Positions 60,224 through 64,000 of a stretch of DNA of 64,000 nucleotides are shown here, one piece after another. Source of the stretch: a virus; IMG/VR virus record IMGVR_UViG_3300020045_001434, positions 26,929 through 90,928 of that record; one strand, written 5' to 3'. The translations under genes were made by a program, and so were the position numbers. Position 1 is the stretch's first letter; each line of letters begins with the position of its first letter. The notes beneath the pieces are model-generated. The model saw only the letters and a list, made by a program, of their open reading frames with translations, was not told where the DNA came from and did not search any database.

Positions 60224-60239
60224 CTTCTACCTATTCTTG
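60224..60239 (+). promoter_or_regulatory. 16-bp motif CTTCyACCTATTCTTG, copy 2
   Basis: 15/16 identical to the copy at 59511, at the same offset after a terminator. Confidence 0.5.
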
Positions 60240-60399
60240 TATTTTTATCCGCATAATTATCTCTAAAATATTTAGTTAGTTTATCTTTATTATTAAAATT
60301 ACATCTATCTTTACATTTATCATTATATGTTAAAGATTGTTATATTTTCAATAATTATTTTTTTTATTCAATTTTTTTTATATATTTCTAAAGTATATA

Positions 60400-60680
60400 A
60401 ATTAACTATAAATTATACCTATAATATATAATATTTATAATAATTATAATAATTATTTATCTCAAATATAATATAATTTATATACTAACTAAGATAATAA
60501 TCTAAATAATAATTATTATACTATTTATACTAATAATTTTAAACTAACTAAGCTATCTCAATTTAATAATAATTATTATACTAATCTAAATATTAAAGAT
60601 ATATATAATTATTATACTATTTTTATACTTACCAATTAATATCAACAAACAACTATTTTTAATAATAATTTAATAATAAT
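60400..60680. repeat. Extremely AT-rich, G-poor region with ~60-bp periodic degenerate repeats
   Basis: AATAATAATTATTATACTA at 60505 and 60565 (partial at 60605); ACTAACTAAG at 60484 and 60543. Confidence 0.7.
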
Positions 60681-60684
60681 TCTT

Positions 60685-61464
60685 ATGAAACTTTATTTTA
60701 CTACAATTTTTGTATTTCTTTTATTACTAGTAGCAACTATTAGTAATGGTACTTTTTTATTAAATTATATTACTATTCAAGTAATTGAAAGTTATTTTGC
60801 TGTAATTATTTCTTTTATAGTTATTTTATGTTGTATAGAAGCTATTATAGAACGTACTCGTGAACGTATTACTAATACTATTGTAAATATTTTAGATGGT
60901 AATGATAAAACTAGAATCCGACTACATAACAATATTACTAGAGATATTGATGCTTTAAAAGAACATATTATTGATAAAATAGTTGATTTACATACTAGCA
61001 TTAATATTACTAATGATAAAACTCAAGCTGTTGAGAAATTACATAATGAAGCTCTTAATGTAAAACTTAATAATAGTCTTATTGAAACTCATAAAGTTCA
61101 TGAAGTACTTAAAGAAGTTTTTATGTTAGATGCTAGTATTGCTAAAGATACTAAACTTATTAAAGAAACTATTGGTATATTTAATAAAATTAGTGTTGAT
61201 GATTTAAGGAATGATTATGTTAGTACTTCAACTAGTGATACTACATTTAAAGATTTATCTAAAGGTTTAGAAGATACTACATTTGAAAAGAATCATGTTA
61301 TAATATTGGAAGGAATCCGTGAAGTAACTAATGAAGAACTATCAGATTTATATCCTGAGCTATTAGAAAAAGTAGAAGAACCTGTAAGAGAAATACTAGA
61401 CGAATCAGGTATTCCGATTATATATTCTACTGGAAAACGTAAAGAAAGAACTAGAAAGAAATAA
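60685..61464 (+). CDS. Membrane-anchored coiled-coil protein
   Basis: Two N-terminal hydrophobic segments, a helical body and a basic C-terminal tail. Confidence 0.65.
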   Translation: MKLYFTTIFVFLLLLVATISNGTFLLNYITIQVIESYFAVIISFIVILCCIEAIIERTRERITNTIVNILDGNDKTRIRLHNNITRDIDALKEHIIDKIVDLHTSINITNDKTQAVEKLHNEALNVKLNNSLIETHKVHEVLKEVFMLDASIAKDTKLIKETIGIFNKISVDDLRNDYVSTSTSDTTFKDLSKGLEDTTFEKNHVIILEGIREVTNEELSDLYPELLEKVEEPVREILDESGIPIIYSTGKRKERTRKK

Positions 61465-61803
61465 TTATTTTGTATTTGTGGGTAAGGATTAGTTGTTACT
61501 ACAGTCTCCTAAGTTATCTACCAAATATCTCAACAATTATTTTCTCCTCTATTTCAAAAATATATACTTATCAATTTTATTAAAATTACTATTAGTATGA
61601 CTAACTACAAATATTATTTTACATTAAATAGTTACAAATTCTTTAGTAATTTTAATAATATTTTCTTTAGTATACTTATAAAGTTATTCAAAATTATTAT
61701 CCTTTCGAACAAGTTTAAAAGCAATTTTACTATCCAATAGATATTTAATTTTAATATTATCTTTAATAAACTAATTATTATTCATACACTAAATTCAATC
61801 ATC

Positions 61804-62013
61804 ATGTCAAACAAAAAACAATTATTTACTAGAGAAGAAGTAACTTCTATAATATTATCAACATTATTATTTTAAGGTTCAAATAATAATCAAGGGTTAT
61901 CATCTATAAAAGGTGATAATTATGGAGAACAAGCTGAAACAATTATTTTAGTTAATGAATCTATTGAAGAAACTAATAAATCTTTAATTTCAGTTATATC
62001 ACAATTCAGATAA
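61804..62013 (+). pseudogene. 69-codon ORF interrupted by an in-frame TAA at 61873-61875
   Basis: MSNKKQLFTREEVTSIILSTLLF*GSNNNQGLSSIKGDNYGEQAETIILVNESIEETNKSLISVISQFR*; typical codons on both sides of the stop. Confidence 0.45.
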
Positions 62014-62018
62014 ATCTT

Positions 62019-62104
62019 TAATAATAGTAACATCAATTATAATTATGAATACCCTTCTTTCATTATAATTATCTAAAGCGTTAGATTAGATGTTACTATT
62101 ATTA
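62019..62104 (+). other. Predicted three-way-junction RNA structure
   Basis: Perfect 16-bp outer stem enclosing two inner hairpins. Confidence 0.5.
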
Positions 62105-62139
62105 TTTAATTATTAGTATAAACTCATAAAACAATTAAT

Positions 62140-62652
62140 ATGAAATCATTTAAATTATTATTATTTTCACTATCATTATGTATAACTTTATTAGTTATTT
62201 ATATTGTTCAATTTGTAACCCCTTACAAATTATTATTTCGAGAATGGTTTGAATTATGTTATTTAGTATTATTTTTAGTATTATTTATTAATAGTTTATT
62301 TTGTCTAATAATTAAATGGATAATAAATTATTATATTACTTCTAAATTAGATAATATTCAAACTATAATTACTAATACTAATACTAATACTAATACTAAT
62401 ACTAATACTAATACTAATACTAATAAAATTCCAAAATTTGTATTTAGTAATATCGCTGAATGTATGCAATTTGAACATACATTTATTCCGGGTAAAGCTA
62501 TTGTAATAGATACTAGTAAATATAAAGTTATTCATAAATTTAGAACTGATTTATCTCATAAAGATATTTATGGAATTAAATGGGATTATTTATATTTAGA
62601 AGGTAAAGGTATTCTTGAACAATGTAATAATATAAATGATTCTAATAAATAA
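62140..62652 (+). CDS. Membrane protein with a (TN)9 linker
   Basis: Two TM segments followed by an in-frame (ACTAAT)9 tract. Confidence 0.65.
   Translation: MKSFKLLLFSLSLCITLLVIYIVQFVTPYKLLFREWFELCYLVLFLVLFINSLFCLIIKWIINYYITSKLDNIQTIITNTNTNTNTNTNTNTNTNKIPKFVFSNIAECMQFEHTFIPGKAIVIDTSKYKVIHKFRTDLSHKDIYGIKWDYLYLEGKGILEQCNNINDSNK
62371..62424 (+). repeat. Perfect hexamer microsatellite (ACTAAT)9
   Basis: Read directly from the sequence. Confidence 0.95.
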
Positions 62653-62657
62653 TAATT

Positions 62658-62882
62658 ATGCAAATAACTAAAGAAGATTTATCTCTAATTTCAGATGCTA
62701 GTGATTATGAAACTATAACTTTATCTATTGGCAAAGTTCAAGTTACTAGTAATGAACATACATGTACTGATTGTATATTCGATAAAGCCCTTAATTGTAA
62801 ACTAGAAATACTTGAAACTGATAAATCAGAAAATTGTTTTGATGTTTGTAATAATAATAAATTTATTCATATAACAGATTAA
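62658..62882 (+). CDS. Small Cys-rich protein (CxxCxF...C...C...C)
   Basis: CTDCIF..LNC..NCFDVC. Confidence 0.6.
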   Translation: MQITKEDLSLISDASDYETITLSIGKVQVTSNEHTCTDCIFDKALNCKLEILETDKSENCFDVCNNNKFIHITD

Positions 62883-62884
62883 TT

Positions 62885-63163
62885 ATGTTAGATAAAACAA
62901 CTCATAGGAAAACTTATGTTCCTCAAATATTATTTCTTACGAATGACCAAAAATTTAGACTTCAAGATAAATTAATTGAAGACTATAAAAAAGGTTTCTT
63001 TGATAAATTTAGTAATACTAAAGAAACTATTTATAGTATTATTGGTAAATTATATGAAAATATTAATTTATCAGACTTTGAAATAGTAACTCTTAAAGCT
63101 AATGATTATATTAGAGATAATAAATTTAGATTACCTTTATGGTATTATAGTACTAATTTTTAA
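62885..63163 (+). CDS. Hypothetical protein
   Basis: Closely packed ORF. Confidence 0.6.
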   Translation: MLDKTTHRKTYVPQILFLTNDQKFRLQDKLIEDYKKGFFDKFSNTKETIYSIIGKLYENINLSDFEIVTLKANDYIRDNKFRLPLWYYSTNF

Positions 63164-63173
63164 ATAACTTATT

Positions 63174-63329
63174 ATGAAGAAATATTGGCAACCTTTTATA
63201 GTAGTTTTATTTATATCTTGTGTATATGCATTAGGTTATTTTCATGGTAATAGTACAGCTACTAAAATATATATTAGTCCTAATGATACTATATCTAAAA
63301 CAGATACTAGTTATATTTTTGAATACTGA
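63174..63329 (+). CDS. 51-aa single-TM protein (not in the ORF track)
   Basis: MKKYWQPFIVVLFISCVYALGYFHGNSTATKIYISPNDTISKTDTSYIFEY. Confidence 0.6.
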   Translation: MKKYWQPFIVVLFISCVYALGYFHGNSTATKIYISPNDTISKTDTSYIFEY

Positions 63330-63673
63330 CTGAATTTATATAGATACGCACAATTTTGGATTGTGTATGTTCCAATTAAACTAATTATTAATAATACGAT
63401 TAGTTATATTGTTTTACTATAAGTTAGTATTATTACAAATAATCATATACATCTCGCTCATGTAGTGATTCTCAAATATTAGCAGGCTAAACATTGAACC
63501 TGATATAATTTTACGTGATGTAGCATTATATAAAGATACTAGCAGTAATGTTAGAATTGTAGTTACCTTGAGAAAGTAATGCAAGATAGAGTACCTATAC
63601 TACGATAATGTGTTCTCAGCTAGACCCTACTAATAATATAGAGGGTGCTAAAACTTTAAAAACAAATAATAAT

Positions 63674-64000
63674 ATGTTTAAAAAATGTAAAGTTGTTATG
63701 CTTTCAACTAATGAAAAAGCACATTATGGAGATTTATTCATAAATGAATATAATCATTTAGAAATATTTAATAGACCTTTTGCTATTTTTGATAAACAGT
63801 ATCTTTATATTACTTCTGATGAAGAAATTAAATCTAATGATTGGATGTATTCTAAAATGGATGGTTATCCTACACAATGGGATGGAAATTTATCTGAAAC
63901 TAAAAATCCTAAAGAATATGGTTATAATAAAATTATTGCTACAACTGATAATTTAATAATAGGAAATTATCAATTTATTAAAGGATATATACCTAATACA
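63674..64000 (+). CDS. Phage hypothetical protein, truncated at the window end
   Basis: MFKKCKVVMLSTNEK...QYLYITSDEEIK.NDW...KIIATTD; frame open to the window edge. Confidence 0.7.
   Translation, partial: MFKKCKVVMLSTNEKAHYGDLFINEYNHLEIFNRPFAIFDKQYLYITSDEEIKSNDWMYSKMDGYPTQWDGNLSETKNPKEYGYNKIIATTDNLIIGNYQFIKGYIPNT

Overview
This window is about 64 kb of a very AT-rich (roughly 25% GC by eye) crAss-like phage genome (Crassvirales), probably infecting a Bacteroidota host, and it uses the standard genetic code. A minus-strand block (2037-57834) carries the morphogenesis module. In order it encodes an IHF-like protein, a PD-(D/E)XK nuclease, an M15 endolysin, a spanin-like pair, TerL, portal, scaffold, major capsid protein, ring/tail proteins, a tail fibre with an LRR adhesin, holin-like genes, the tail stabilization protein, and four virion cargo proteins. 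The last cargo gene is a 4956-aa virion RNA polymerase (DYDID motif). The block converges at ~2.0 kb with the end of a plus-strand cluster (KTSC, DHH, HAD). It diverges at ~57.8-58.6 kb from a repeat-rich non-coding region followed by small, putatively early plus-strand genes. Most notable observations: (1) an ungapped 30-bp GC-rich motif in five copies, three inside ORFs and two flanking the late module; (2) a circularly permuted FISUMP domain inserted in a tail-ring protein; (3) an SH3-like plus PD-(D/E)XK nuclease module inside a giant cargo protein that also has a zincin motif; (4) rare-codon islands recurring about every 4.4-5.3 kb; (5) a duplicated early-gene/terminator/16-bp-motif cassette that may mark the virion RNAP promoter. 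All family calls are by motif recognition and synteny; no searches were run.
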